Shown here: positions 62,786-64,000 of the stretch, piece by piece
Layout: every line of letters starts with the position of its first letter
Numbering within the stretch: position 1 is the stretch's first letter
Source of the DNA: Burkholderiales bacterium
Lineage (GTDB): Bacteria; Pseudomonadota; Gammaproteobacteria; Burkholderiales; SG8-39
Length of the DNA: 64,000 bases
NCBI GenBank assembly: GCA_035652275.1
Contig: DASREB010000162.1
Location: forward strand, 4,371-68,370
Direction of reading: 5' to 3'
Position numbers and translations under genes: made by a program
Notes under the pieces: generated by a model
Database searches by the model: none
What the model saw: the letters and a program-made list of their open reading frames with translations, nothing else
What the model was told of the DNA's origin: nothing

Positions 62786-63193
62786 CTAGACGACGGCGAT
62801 GGCGTCGAGCTGCACCTTGAACGCATCCATGATGCGCACGGACCACACCGTGCGCGCCGGCGGGCCGTCGGGCACGTATTGCCGATAGACGCGGTTCAGC
62901 GCGTCGTACTCGATGCGGTCGTAAATCATGGCGCGCACCTGCACGAGGCGCGCGAGCGAGGACCCGGCGGCCTCGAGCACCAGCGCCAGGTTCTGGAAGG
63001 CGCGGTGCGCTTCGTTCGCGAGCGTGCCCTGCAGCCGCTCGCCGGTCTCGGGATCCACGGCCAGCACGCCGGAGACGAAGACGTAGTCGCCGGCGCGGAT
63101 CGCCGCGCTCTGCACCCAGCCGCATTGCGCGGCCATGTCGAGGCCGGGAGAGGGCGGTGGCACCACAAGGCGGGCAAGCGGCTCGCGCTTCAT
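62786..63193 (-). CDS. RidA family protein
   Basis: AIRAGDYVFVSGV...VQVRAMI...PARTVWSV...VQLDAIAV. 135 aa. Confidence 0.8.
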   Translation of the reverse strand: MKREPLARLVVPPPSPGLDMAAQCGWVQSAAIRAGDYVFVSGVLAVDPETGERLQGTLANEAHRAFQNLALVLEAAGSSLARLVQVRAMIYDRIEYDALNRVYRQYVPDGPPARTVWSVRIMDAFKVQLDAIAVV

Positions 63194-63205
63194 TCGAAGT
63201 TATCG

Positions 63206-63994
63206 CTATTTGCCGCGGCGGCCCCAGACGAAGAGGTGCAATCGCCCGCCGATGAAGCGGCCGGCGCCGATCGTGCGGCTGAGCTCCTCCTGCCAGCGCT
63301 TCGCTTCGGCTTCGCTGATCGCGCCGACCTTGGCTGCCGTCTGGCCGGCGCGCTCGGCAAGATTGGCGTAGAAGCTGCCCGGCTCGCGCTCGAGCGGCAT
63401 GAACGCCTGCACTTTCACCTGCTCGACGCCGAGGCTCGCGAGCAGGCCGGGCAGCTCACGCACGAGCTGGCCGTTGACGGCCGAGTGATCGCAGGTGGCG
63501 GCGACCACCCGCCGCGTCACATCGCGATCCGGATGCGCGATGAGGAAGCAGTCGCCGTCGAAGTCGAAAATGCCGACGCGGCCGCCGATGCGCGTGACTC
63601 GTACCATGTGCTTGATCGCCGGTACGGGATCGGGCACGTGAGCGAGCACCGTCGCGGCGAGGCTCGCATCGAAGCTCGCGTCGCCGAAGGGCAGCGCGCG
63701 GCAATCGCCCGCCTGCCACTCGATGCGCGCCGCGAGCCCGGCTTCTCTCGCGTATTGCGCGGCGAGCTCGAGCAGAGCCGGGCTCGCATCGAAACCAACG
63801 ACCCGGCCGCGTTCGCCGACGCGTCGCGCGATAGCGCGGGTCACCGCGCCGCTGCCGCAACCGACATCGAGGACGCGCTCGCCGGCCGAGATGGCGAGGA
63901 GCTCGAGATACGCGTCGCGGGCCGACACTTCGTCGGCCGCCTTGGCGCGCAGCTCGAGCCGCGCGGCGAGCTCGCGAGCCTGCTCGCGGCTCAC
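63206..63994 (-). CDS. Class I SAM-dependent methyltransferase (start near window edge, possibly incomplete)
   Basis: VLDVGCGSGAVT motif I. GTG at 63994 is only 6 nt from the window end, so the true start may lie outside. Confidence 0.75.
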   Translation of the reverse strand: MSREQARELAARLELRAKAADEVSARDAYLELLAISAGERVLDVGCGSGAVTRAIARRVGERGRVVGFDASPALLELAAQYAREAGLAARIEWQAGDCRALPFGDASFDASLAATVLAHVPDPVPAIKHMVRVTRIGGRVGIFDFDGDCFLIAHPDRDVTRRVVAATCDHSAVNGQLVRELPGLLASLGVEQVKVQAFMPLEREPGSFYANLAERAGQTAAKVGAISEAEAKRWQEELSRTIGAGRFIGGRLHLFVWGRRGK

Positions 63995-64000
63995 CCCCGC

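Noticed and set aside
1-64000. Search by eye for tRNA/rRNA genes, CRISPR arrays, IS elements, integrases and prophage genes
   Set aside because: None were seen. The intergenic regions are short, mostly under 190 nt, and are accounted for by promoters, REP units or hairpins. No ORF shows transposase/integrase motifs. A computational scan (tRNAscan-SE, Infernal, ISEScan) would be needed to be certain.

Overview
High-GC (about 65-70% by eye), gene-dense chromosomal segment with about 68 protein-coding genes. I found no rRNA, tRNA, CRISPR array, transposase or integrase. Four orphan Bug/TctC-type periplasmic binding proteins suggest a Betaproteobacteria/Burkholderiales-like host; this is inference only.

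Layout:
- 1-21.7 kb, housekeeping and mixed functions: clpB 3' end, MBL-fold lipoprotein, Zn-ADH, two secreted AlgH/YqgE paralogs, a patatin-small membrane protein-AlkB string, a glutaryl-CoA/beta-oxidation trio, Bug-USP-orphan form-II CoxL, YihY, MetE-like, dodecin, DadA.
- 21.7-27.5 kb: EF-hand protein, SelO coupled to a secreted Pro/Ala-rich protein, RecQ-family helicase.
- 27.5-64 kb: a large accessory catabolic region. It holds two hydantoinase/dihydropyrimidinase genes (each translationally coupled to a COG0523 metallochaperone GTPase), an asparaginase, a cytosine-deaminase-like amidohydrolase, an isochorismatase-family hydrolase and a D-carbamoylase-like nitrilase. It also holds three RidA genes, two Asp/Glu/hydantoin-racemase-superfamily genes, two MmgE/PrpD genes, a BVMO, an aconitase, an ICL/PEP-mutase-family enzyme, a TRAP transporter and Bug binding proteins.

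Most interesting observations:
1. A 1.7-kb cassette, codon-atypical by eye, is bounded by direct REP copies. It encodes one 504-aa protein that fuses an AbiEi-antitoxin-like N-terminal region to a class-II Fic AMPylase. Three phased direct repeats overlap its start codon.
2. The COG0523-hydantoinase module occurs twice.
3. A Bug gene cassette is flanked by a duplicated 3' end of the upstream FAD-enzyme gene.
4. A REP/MITE-like palindromic element family (GTCCCCGCGAAGGCGGGGAC) occurs at five loci, and a second palindrome family (ATAGGGACNGTCCCTAT) at two.
5. A phosphatidylcholine-synthase-like gene has conserved N-terminal codons upstream of any canonical start codon.

Limits: all homology calls come from motif and family recognition by eye on the supplied translations. 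Start codons were chosen manually. GC and codon statements are manual estimates. No database search was run.
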